Positions 54,666 through 64,000 of a stretch of DNA of 64,000 nucleotides are shown in pieces (position 1 is the stretch's first letter; each line of letters starts with the position of its first letter). A model generated the notes under the pieces. The model was not told where the DNA came from. It did no database searches and saw nothing but the letters and a program-made list of their open reading frames with translations. A program made the translations under genes and the position numbers. Origin of the DNA: Nemertoderma westbladi. Lineage: Eukaryota > Animalia > Xenacoelomorpha. Location of the stretch: NCBI GenBank assembly GCA_032718475.1, contig JAUCBJ010007402.1:30426-94425 (forward strand), read 5' to 3'.

Positions 54666-55963
54666 CTAAATCCAAATCTTCATTTCAACTCGTGAAGCCG
54701 TACCGTCATCTGTAGTAAAATTTTTCCAATAAGGTGCATGCACACCATATACTCCGTTCAAGTCAGTCGCCGTGCAGTACGTGTAGTGCCACCACGCTCC
54801 AGTATAAGTTTCGACGCAGTTCCCCCAGTCCCACCCGTCATTATCGCGGTCAATGGTAGAGAATTGCTGACCGATGGAACACTCCAATGAGTCACCAGCA
54901 GTACCATTGTAACCGGATCCTTTTAGGGTGTAATTAGTTGCAGCTGATCCGATAGAGAAGTTGTTGTATTCGGCGTATTTGTGTTCGTTGTTGTAATACC
55001 TTTTTTCATAATTGCTACCAACATTATCATTGGGATAAGCAAACCCCCATCCAGTGAACCACAAATCGACCCTCAACTTCACCCCGCCGTAACTCAGCTT
55101 GTGCATCTTCTCCAACCCCAACCAAAAATTGGTATTCGGGTCGCCAAATCCTTCAACATATTCAACCCAGTTTCGATAGAAGTCAACAGATCCATCAACT
55201 CTTTGTTGAATCTTCTCCCAGCCCTGAACATGAACCGGATTGCCTTTTCTTTTGTTTAACATATTTTGGCTGGCTTGGGCGGCAGCCAGAGCTACTTCTT
55301 CTTGGTCATTATCCTAAAACAATAATTATTGCGTAACTTGAGATTATTTATACTGTATGTTAATTCGAAAATATTTTAGTTTTCATCTCAATTAGATAAA
55401 AATACGAAGCAATTTAGCATAGGTCGTAAGTGAAACATTTATTTAACAAAGGCTTTGGTGGAGCAAGTGGGGGTCTTTTGGTTGTAGTTAGGTATACATA
55501 TTCATTTATCTTTGGTGAAATAAGTTGAATGGCTTCGGCGGAGGAAACTAAATTATTTCGAAAAAGTGACTTTTATATTATTATTATTATTATCGTGTAA
55601 TTTGATGAACTATGTAGTTTGAACAGTGTAACTTTATAGATGGGATACGGATGTCAGCGAGGAGTTGAGACAAAGAGAGGTTACAGAAGTCAAATGTGCA
55701 ACCAGCCAAACGGAATCTTGATTTGCACCAATCGTAATTACAGTAGAACGCGATTAGCAGATTTAAACTTAAAGAGCAAAAGTTAGTTGTAAGTGTAGTT
55801 AGTTAGAACTTCAGTGGCCCTACAAACACATTGATTCTACATTAAATAACAAACTTACATTGTCTCTTTCAACCAATTCGGTTAAGTTCCCATGGCTCTC
55901 TCCCAGACACTCCACAGCTAAAAGAGCTGCAAGAGTTAAAAGTAGAAGAGTTTCCTTGTACAT
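54666..55963 (-). CDS. Secreted fibrinogen-related domain protein; two exons 55963-55859 and 55313-54666 (~250 aa)
   Basis: Signal peptide MYKETLLLLTLAALLAVECLG; phase-0 GTAAGT...TTTTAG intron; QQRVDGSVDFYRNWVEYVEGFGD, FWLGLEKMH, GTAGDSL, FSTIDRDND, GAWW, LNG, EMKI; AATAAA at ~54539-54534. Confidence 0.9.
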
Positions 55964-56289
55964 TTTAGGTAACCGAATACGAAATTGAAATTGAATACAA
56001 AGTAAAATACAATATTCTGCCAATGAATATAACGACACTAACACGCCATACTTAAACAATATAAAACGCAACCTAATAAACATTAAATACCTACTGCTGC
56101 TTAGTGGAAGCAAAGTAGCGCAATGTTAGTAAATGGGGCAGTTTATATGAATAAATAATTGGTGTGTTTTATGAAATAAAGTAACGGACTGATAGACCAA
56201 TACAAACTCTCCTACTAAAAGGTGCCTTGGATACCAGCCGTTACATTTACCGATATTGGTATTGGTGAACTAGCAAACCTCACTACGAA

Positions 56290-56520
56290 ATTGCAGATCA
56301 AACGTCCACAATCTGCTTGGTGAATGCTTGAGAATAGCTTGGTGGTGACTGGATCGCAACTATTTAACTCCTTGCCAAAGGAAATACGAGACCTGACTGG
56401 CTGCAGTCTGGGAATATTTAAACTAAAATTAGATACATATCTGAGCGACATTCCAGACCAACCGGGCTGCCGGGGTTACACAGCCTGCAGGAGAGTCCAG
56501 TCGAACTCTCCTTTACGATT
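56290..56520 (+). pseudogene. CR1-group LINE 3' fragment
   Basis: NSLVVTGSQLFNSLPKEIRD..FKLKLDTYLSDIPDQP..SNS is typical of CR1 ORF2 C-termini. Confidence 0.8.
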
Positions 56521-56792
56521 GAATTGTAATTAAAACAATTTCAATCAACCTTGTTTTATATCCGATATTTCTTTTTAAACAGAATTACAGTCAATCAAAT
56601 TAACGTTTTTTAAGTATAATATGTATTTTATTGTATTGTATATTTTATTTGGTGCGGTCGTCGAGTTCTCTGTGGTAGAGCTGATTTTCACTTCTAATGA
56701 ATACCTAAAACCATTTCAATAAACAATAAACAATAAACTCATTTTATCGAGCCCAGAAGAGTAGAGGTTGAGTGGACCGAATACCTCGAGGA

Positions 56793-56864
56793 TGGCGAGG
56801 ATCGAACCTACAACCAATAGATTGCCGACACCGCCCATCAAACTATAAATTGAGCTACAAACCC
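56793..56864 (-). repeat. tRNA-derived remnant
   Basis: GTAGCTCAAT (A-box-like) and GGTTCGATCC (B box) over ~72 nt. Confidence 0.5.
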
Positions 56865-56919
56865 GCCATTTTGTGAAATATTTAAATTCTTATGTGATAA
56901 ATAGATGTGAGTAATATAA

Positions 56920-57421
56920 TTATATGTTTATTTCTCGTGGTGCGTTAAATTTGAACAAACTGCTAATACTTTCAGTTTGAACTAATAGATGTACCAACGC
57001 ATGTAAATGAACAGAAAACAGTCTGACTGTCTGATTGTTTGTTCGATTAAGTATTAGTTCCCATGGTGATACAGCAGTAATTCCATGTATTTTCCCAACC
57101 TGTATGTATTCTATCTTATAGCGGCCGAATTTGTTCATAACATCGATATGACTGTTTATCTGGTATCGCAGTAAACAGGAAGTTGTCACATCGTTTTTGT
57201 GGTAAACCATCGGGAATTCGAAATAATTTTCGGTAATTTGGTTTTCGCAATATCCTCCAATATCAGGGTAAGGAACACGCCATCTAGTGAGCCAATCACT
57301 CAATTCAATGTTCTTATATTCACCGCTAGATAGCGCTGTCTGTAGAATATTCGCTTCTATAAATTCCGAACAATTCCGATTAGCTGACATATCTTTACCG
57401 ATTTCGTCCAAAGAAAGATGC
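56920..57421 (-). CDS. Possible exon of an unknown or decayed host gene
   Basis: ~165 open codons in AT-rich DNA preceded by a TTTTTTTAG acceptor; no recognisable domain. Confidence 0.35.
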
Positions 57422-59063
57422 CTAAAAAAACGTTAAAGAATTAAATTATATTTTGATATTTTTTGTTTTCAATTACCTTTTTTAAAGGTGAACAATTATT
57501 CGAATCCTCTTCCATCATATATTTCAACTCAATCAAAACGCTCAGTGTTCTTGTGACAAACCACTACGATTAGAAACACTCTAAATTACAATTAAACAAT
57601 TTATCTGTGTTATTGGCTTATAAATTCGTAGACATTGATCCAACAGAATGTTTTGATGTTTTGACTAAAGAAAATAGATAAATAATTTTGACTCCAAAAA
57701 GTTTAAAATTTATAAATGTTATTGTGAAAAAAAATTTAAAATACAAGTAATTTTTATGTATAATAGACAATGAGTTAGTGCATTTAGAAGGACCTTTTTC
57801 TAAGTGACCAAAAATATTATTTAAAATGAAATAATTTTTATGTTTGCGTGATGTAAATTCTTCTGACTAACCTACTGAACATCTCTAAAAGTGATCTACC
57901 TAATCTGGATATTCAATTACAATCTTTGTTAAACATCCACACAAAAGTGTGTTTCGGATGGTTTCGGATGAGTAGAGTTTATTTGTATTTGTTGCCATGG
58001 TATCATCTGTTTCTGGAATTTTGTTTATTTAATTATTATTGTGCACAGCGATTTGTTCTGAAATAGGCCTAGGCCTACTGATGTACCGGTACTGTTTTAC
58101 GCATTGTCTGAGTGAGTAGAAGGAGACATACTTTATGTACTGTACCAATATATAAAATTATCTGATCCCCCCAAGATCAGTAAAAATAAAATATATAATA
58201 AATATACAGGGAAAATACTAATACTATAAAGAATTAAGTACAAGTTCATACAGTAGTATCAGCTGGATAGTGAAAGAATTAATATACTGCAAAATAAAAA
58301 TGTCATGCAATTACATTATTGATAGTAACAATGTGTTGGCAAGCTGTATTTTTCGAGGTGTTTGTTATTATTAAGACCCCTAGATCCCTTCCTATGATAA
58401 ATGCAATTACATGGAGTAGTTAATTATACCGCCATGCTGTTATACTAATTACTGTGAGTGATTCTTTCATTCAATTTCTTTTAATTTTTTTCAGAAAGTA
58501 AATTGAAGGTTTAAAATTTCACTTTTTTTCTGATAATGTATATTCGGTTTATTCAGTTTATCGCTTTCTTTAGCTCACCTTATAACATGTACCGCTTGAT
58601 TTCTGTGAGTTGTATCCATGAACACGAATCTGTATTTGTGTTGGAGGGTGTGCACGGCCACAGCTGGTAGACTACAAACCTCTTCAGACATACCCATCTC
58701 CCCGACAACTTTATTGATTTCCATATAGGGTATTGTGAGGTCAATCATCTGTTAATTGTATAAATTAAATATTGAAATACAATTTACAATTTAATGTAAT
58801 TTCTAAACTAATTTTATTGTATTTTTTATACTTTATTAGAATAAAATGAGCGAGACTGGAGTAGTAGGGTCTTGCTCCTCTTTGTGACAGTTGGACCGAC
58901 TGACTGGGCAGTGAAAATTAATTTCCAACTCTTTTCCTAAGTCCAGTAACCCTTGAAATTGATCTATACAGTATGACATAGCCTGTCGTTCGTGGCAACG
59001 CCTTCTTTGTGTTGTCTTGTGTTGGTTAGCAGTTTAACAACTTATACTGAATAATACTTTTGT

Positions 59064-59257
59064 CAGGTCAGGTATTCTAGGTCATTGATTAAGAAAACTT
59101 GCCACCTCCATGCAGCATAAAGGAGGTGCCACCTGTAGCTGCATAGACCCTCTTACTAGGGCAAATCTGGTCCTGTAACTAGGACCCCCTTTGTTTTGGG
59201 ATAAGGACGCCCTTGGTCCTGGATTAAGGACCCATATACTTGGCTGCAGGGGTATAT
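59064..59257 (+). repeat. 194-bp copy of the 5' end of the RTE element at 63003
   Basis: Four mismatches seen versus 63003-63196. Confidence 0.95.
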
Positions 59258-61562
59258 TTATTTATTTATTAATTAAGCCAAAAGGATGGCACTTCTACAG
59301 TAGGAACGAGAAATTAGGCTAAAATTACATCAATAACACACACAACCATACAAATTATTATAAAATATATACAAAATAAAATAAAATGCAGTTCTTCCAC
59401 TTACATGGGCTCATTTTGTATTTGCCCAGTTCACAAGGGGTGCATCATTCTTGTGACAATTTAAAATGTGGTATCGACTGGCTCTGGCGTCACACAATCG
59501 GCAGACGCATTCATCTGCAGTCTCGTGAAACGCGGGGGTTTTACAAATTAGGTGATGAAACCCATGTATAGACACCCGTGTGATGATGTGCCGGTTTTTA
59601 TAGTTTGAGGTCCTCCATTTTGGGTTTGTAAATCTGGGAGAACGCCAGAATTCTGGAATTATTTTGTTGTTCTTCGAATTGACCCCAGTTAAGTATTTAT
59701 TAAATTCGGGAGTTTTGGGGAGATTGAGTTTTTGTTGCAGATCCATACACAGGTTCTTGCTTCCACTCAGCGCCATGACAAGCCTGTTCTGAGCAGATTT
59801 GTGTACTGACAGAACTCTTTTAAGGTACGATGACTTAATCTTGTCCAGGTTCTCAAAGTCCTTTGATTTCAGAAATTCCCATATAACAGTGAGCCCATAA
59901 CTGACGATTGGTTCGATTTTGATTGTAAATAACTTGATTGCTGTGTTGAGAGACAAAAGGCTGGGTTGTTTGATAGAATGGATCACTTTAAACGATTTGC
60001 ATGTGGTGTTAATTATGTATCGAGTGAATGAAAGGGTTGGTTGTAGTACTATTCCGAGATAAGTGTAATGATTTACTATTTAAACTGGTTGACCATTGTA
60101 GAAAAACTTATCAGCCCCACATAGGCGCCCCCCTCTTCTGAATTTGATGATTTGCGATTTTCGCAGGTTTGCAGTAAGGCCGTTGATGGAAGCTTCCTTG
60201 GTTCTGATAGATTTCCTTTGATCCGAGTTAGTAGACGCTGAAACGGTTGAATGGTTGATCGACCTGGCATGAAACCAAACTGGTCTTTAGGAATCTTAGA
60301 ATGGAGGAACTCACGGAGCCGCTTCCCAACAAGCCCTGTAAGCACCTTGAAAGGGTTACACAGAAGGGCTATACCTCGATAGTTGTTCTCTTCATCTCTT
60401 GAACCTTTACCTTTATATAGGACCTTTAGGATGCTATGTTTCCATGTAGAAACCAATGACCCAGTTACCAAACAAATGTTAAATAGCATTGTCCACAGAT
60501 AGAGTGTTAGAGATATTGATCCCTTTAATGTTTCGTAAGGGAGATTATCTGGTCCACCTGACTTCCCATTCTTCTTAACAAATTCATCATAGACCTCATT
60601 GGCAGTAAATTCACGATTACAGGCATCATGGGTATCCTCAATAGGACCTGGGTCGGCTCTATATTCAGCTCCACCATCTTCGGCAGCATCGTTATGTGTT
60701 TGTCCATTGAGGATGTTAGAGAAATGTGACTCCCATTTCTCTAATGGAATTGTACAGTTTTGGCTAACTTTGTATCCTGACCCCATTTATAAGGATGCTA
60801 TTCTGCTTCATGTATTAGTTTTCGTTCAATCCTGTCATTGAATTCAGCACGTTTCCTTTCCAACAGTTCTTTGTATTCGGACTTTAGGTTGCACCACATT
60901 GTACGGGCATTGTTGTCTAGTTTAGCTTGTGAATGTGCCTGAATAACCTCTCTACGTTTGCTGTGGCATTCCGCATTGAACCATGGCTTTGACTTTCGGT
61001 GATGTTGTCTTTTTGGTTCAGTAGCATCATGAATAGCATTAGAGATTTTATCGTATGCGCTATCCAGTTCTAAGTTTTGCAGTTGTTCGAATACAGTTTC
61101 GAGCCGTACATCTGCTCCCAATGTTCCAATGTTTATAACACGCGATTTAATGGGCCCACTTGTATTGACATTTCCCATCATTTGTGGTAATCCTAGATCC
61201 CATTTTATGCGGACCGGCACATGTTTTCGCAAACCTTCATATGGGTAGTCAACTGCTATTGCACTTGAATTTGAATACACAAGATCAATCTTACTACTGC
61301 CATTGTGGCAATAGTATGTTTTGTCTTTAGACGTATTTTGCAAGTCAAAACCGGCCTCAGACATAAGGTTGGACAATACTGTTGCCTTGTCATTTTCTGG
61401 AGTGTCCATTCGTGCATTAAAATCGCCGCAAATAAAGACTTTATGGGCCATTATAACTGACTCAGGAGTTGTATCTAGAATGTCTAATACTTCTTTAATG
61501 AAATCCTGAAGGGATAGTGTTGGATTTAGGTAACAACAGATAAATATGCCGATCAGACATTT
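59258..61562 (-). mobile_element. RTEX-like LINE, decayed, RT core deleted
   Basis: APE motifs CGDFNAR, SKIDLV; RT start GPDNL, NYRGIALL, QFGFMPGRST; jumps to K..IIKFRRGG/YTYLG near 60190; C-terminal CRLC..HILNC; (AAAT)n tail at 59256-59272. Confidence 0.85.
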
Positions 61563-61563
61563 G

Positions 61564-61950
61564 ATAGCAATGTACGTATCCGTTTTTGCAACTGTCTGTC
61601 CGTTAGTCTGTCTGTCCGTCTTTTTGTCAGACTGTCTGTCAAACATTAATAAAGCATCCTAACTAACTAAAATTCTCGCCATAGAGGTTTTTTGGGTTCA
61701 TGGTTTCATTTCCGATGTTAGTTTTAACATTTCACATAATATAGATTGTCTGTCCATTTATCTGTCTGTCCGCCTTATAGTCAGACTGTCCGTCAAACAT
61801 TAAGAAAGCATACAAACTAACTAAACATTTTGCTATGGGGGTTTCTCGGGTTCGTGAATTCATTTCTGATGTCAGTTTTCACATTTCACGAAATCTAGAC
61901 TGTCCGTCCTCCAGTCTGACTGTCCGTCATTTTGCCAATTTGTCTGTAAT
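61564..61950. repeat. Non-autonomous repeat with CTGT/CCGT microsatellite and ~170-bp internal duplication, interrupting the LINE endonuclease
   Basis: CTGTCTGTCCG..GTCAGACTGTC..TCAAACATTAA..AAAGCAT..AACTAACTAAA at ~61607 and ~61761. Confidence 0.65.
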
Positions 61951-62203
61951 TAGATATTTAGGAAAAAAGAATTACGTCTACGTTTTTTAAATCAAAATTT
62001 TCGGATTCCTCGTAAAATTTTGAGTCAGAAACTGTCGTCTAGTCCATAGGGTCTTGCAAGAAGAAAAATATACATATTGTAAAACTTTAAATGCGTTTTT
62101 CTCAGAACGCCTTTTTTTATATAATCCGTTTCTACTTGACACGCCACATATTTAAATTATTTGATGTAGAATTTTAATCAAGAGAAGAAAATTATAAGGC
62201 TTA

Positions 62204-62500
62204 AGGTCCGTTCACATCCAACGGAACGGTACACCGCGAGGTGTATCACAGTGCCAGCAGTACACCGCTGACCCAACAGGTAGTTGAGCGTTAAACCGCG
62301 CGGTTTACGGCAGCCCATTTAAACAATGTCAAAATAATTAATGTAATTTCCTGTTGAATTCACAGTCGATGGACAGACAGTCAGTTACCGCAACGGTACT
62401 GTTGGGTGTGAACGGGCTCCGGGTAGTGTACCGCTGGCTTACCGCTTCAATACCACCAGACTACTTTACCGCTCACGCACCGTTGGATGTGAACGGGGCT
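62204..62500. mobile_element. PIF/Harbinger-type MITE
   Basis: TIRs AGGTCCGTTCACATCCAACGG / CCGTTGGATGTGAACGGGGCT; TTA target duplication on both sides. Confidence 0.85.
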
Positions 62501-62814
62501 TTACAGTAATAGTTCAAACCTAGACAACACTAGGATGCATCGCCGGTAACTTTATATGTATGTATGAATAATTATTATTGATTTATTATTGATTAGTATT
62601 GTTGATAATAAATTATTAGTATTGAATTATTAAATTAATTATTAATCAATTATTATTGAATTATATTAAGAATTGAGCATGTTCATTATTACAAAAATGC
62701 CAACACCAGAAAATAAAACCTTAATTTTTTGATGTAAATTTTGAAATTATATATTATTTTATTATTTGGGGTTCTGCTTGATTTATTACCCCCTGTGCAC
62801 CTATCCGGGGCTTT

Positions 62815-62910
62815 TGGCACTAAATAGGCCGCCTTTTCTCGCACTATAGAGGCCGCCCCCACTTTTGGCGCTATAGAGGCCTCTTTAGTCCCCGGCACTA
62901 TACAGGCCGT
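62815..62910. repeat. Short GC-rich repeat x4 (GGCACTATAGAGGCC)
   Basis: Four degenerate copies spaced ~24-28 bp apart. Confidence 0.7.
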
Positions 62911-63002
62911 TCCACTGTCTTTCTCGTCCTTCATTGCGTCTAGAAACTCGAGTGAGTTTGATACAAACTTAGAAAGTGCAAAGTCTCTTTTATTAAATTG
63001 GG

Positions 63003-64000
63003 CAGGTCAGGTATTCTAGGTCATTGATCAAGAAAACTTGCCACCTCCATGCAGCATAAAGGAGGTGCCACCTGTAGCTGCATAGACCCTCTTACTAGGG
63101 CAAATCTGGTCCTGTAACTGGGACCCCCTTCGTTCTGGGATAAGGACGCCCTTGGTCCTGGATTAAGGACCCATATACTTGGCTGCAGGGGTATATGGCC
63201 TGACCAGGCAGATGGTGATCTACCAATGGCTGGTCAGGAGTAGAGTGTTCTCATGTCCACTCTGAGAGCACTTCACTGTGACCTGCACCTGGCAGCAAGG
63301 GTACAGGGCATGACCCAGCAGATGAGCTGCAACAGCCAATGGTGGGTCATGTGCGCCAGAGTAGATATGGGTGATGGGCCTCATATCTGACTCCATTGCG
63401 ACACCCACCCTGTGGAATGGCAAACCAGGGTGTGGTATTTGCCCCGAGAGCTGACTCGGCAAAAAAGCACCCCCCAACCCACACTATGGATTGCATTAGC
63501 AATGCGGAGGTCCGGCCACTAGAGGCCAGTGGAATTACCGGACACAATCGGCCTCACAGGCGTCAGTTAACTCCTGACCGGCTGCCTGTCTCACCCCCTA
63601 CTGGGGAGAGAGCAGCCAACAATTCTTTGAGTCCCTTTCCTGATGACCTTTTTGGCCCAAACCCTGGGTCACCAGGAAGGCCAGATTGTGATGGGGAGAG
63701 GGATTCTGGAGTTGGAGGCTACTCTCATGTTCCACCCCCGACCAACAAAGCCATTGGTGAATCTGAGGCAAGTCACAAGACTAGCCTCAGTAAACACCCT
63801 AACACTCGGGTCCCCAATGCGACAAGGTGAGCTGACTGCCTTGGCAGATAAGCTTTCTCTTAGCGCAGTGGGTGTTCAAGAGCACCGAATGCAGACTGGA
63901 CAGACTGATGAGGTTCTGATTAAGGACATGGGGGGCGGTTGGCGACTCGCCCTCGCTTCAGCAGATGATAGTGGCAATGGTGGAATTTGTCTATTGATGA
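63003..64000 (+). mobile_element. 5' end of an RTE-clade non-LTR retrotransposon
   Basis: Structured GC-rich 5' UTR followed by an open frame with APE endonuclease N-terminal motifs. Confidence 0.8.
63643..64000 (+). CDS. APE endonuclease N-terminus of the RTE ORF (runs off the window; not in the ORF track)
   Basis: RLASVNTLTL...GELTALA...VGVQEHR...GWRLALASA...GGICLLM, with no stop to 64000. Confidence 0.8.
   Translation, partial: MTFLAQTLGHQEGQIVMGRGILELEATLMFHPRPTKPLVNLRQVTRLASVNTLTLGSPMRQGELTALADKLSLSAVGVQEHRMQTGQTDEVLIKDMGGGWRLALASADDSGNGGICLLM

Noticed and set aside
56793-56864. Functional tRNA genes at the A/B-box sites
   Set aside because: Acceptor and anticodon stems do not pair; listed only as tRNA-derived remnants.
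57477-57580. Upstream exon for the 56920-57421 ORF
   Set aside because: Splice-like ends are present, but the most plausible frame has two stops; cannot support a gene model.
63003-63400. Definite HDV-like ribozyme in the RTE 5' UTR
   Set aside because: I could not assemble the nested double pseudoknot by eye; only simple hairpins are evident.

Overview
AT-rich eukaryotic (animal-type) DNA made up mostly of nested retrotransposons. Left to right: (1) A ~13.4-kb minus-strand BEL/Pao LTR element (BEL-1, 1-13416). After pol it carries an extra ORF with DEDDy-type 3'-5' exonuclease motifs and an overlapping multi-zinc-knuckle ORF. Its LTRs hold an array of UUCG-capped, kink-turn-like hairpins. 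(2) A plus-strand BEL/Pao element (BEL-2) whose gag was interrupted by BEL-1. (3) An old foldback/composite structure (three nested inverted-repeat pairs) around a decayed C2H2/acidic ORF. A Mag-like Gypsy element, a 17.2-kb BEL/Pao element with 2.25-kb LTRs (BEL-3) and an intact CRE-like RLE non-LTR element with long Ser-Pro repeats all inserted into it. (4) RTE, CR1 and RTEX fragments, a Harbinger-type MITE, several tRNA-like remnants and one clear host gene, a two-exon secreted fibrinogen-domain protein. The most unusual signals are the exonuclease/zinc-knuckle cargo of BEL-1 and element-specific hairpin motifs conserved at nucleotide level across different reading frames in both BEL-1 and BEL-3. 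Both elements also lack a recognisable tRNA primer-binding site. All family assignments come from motif recognition by eye; no database search was run.
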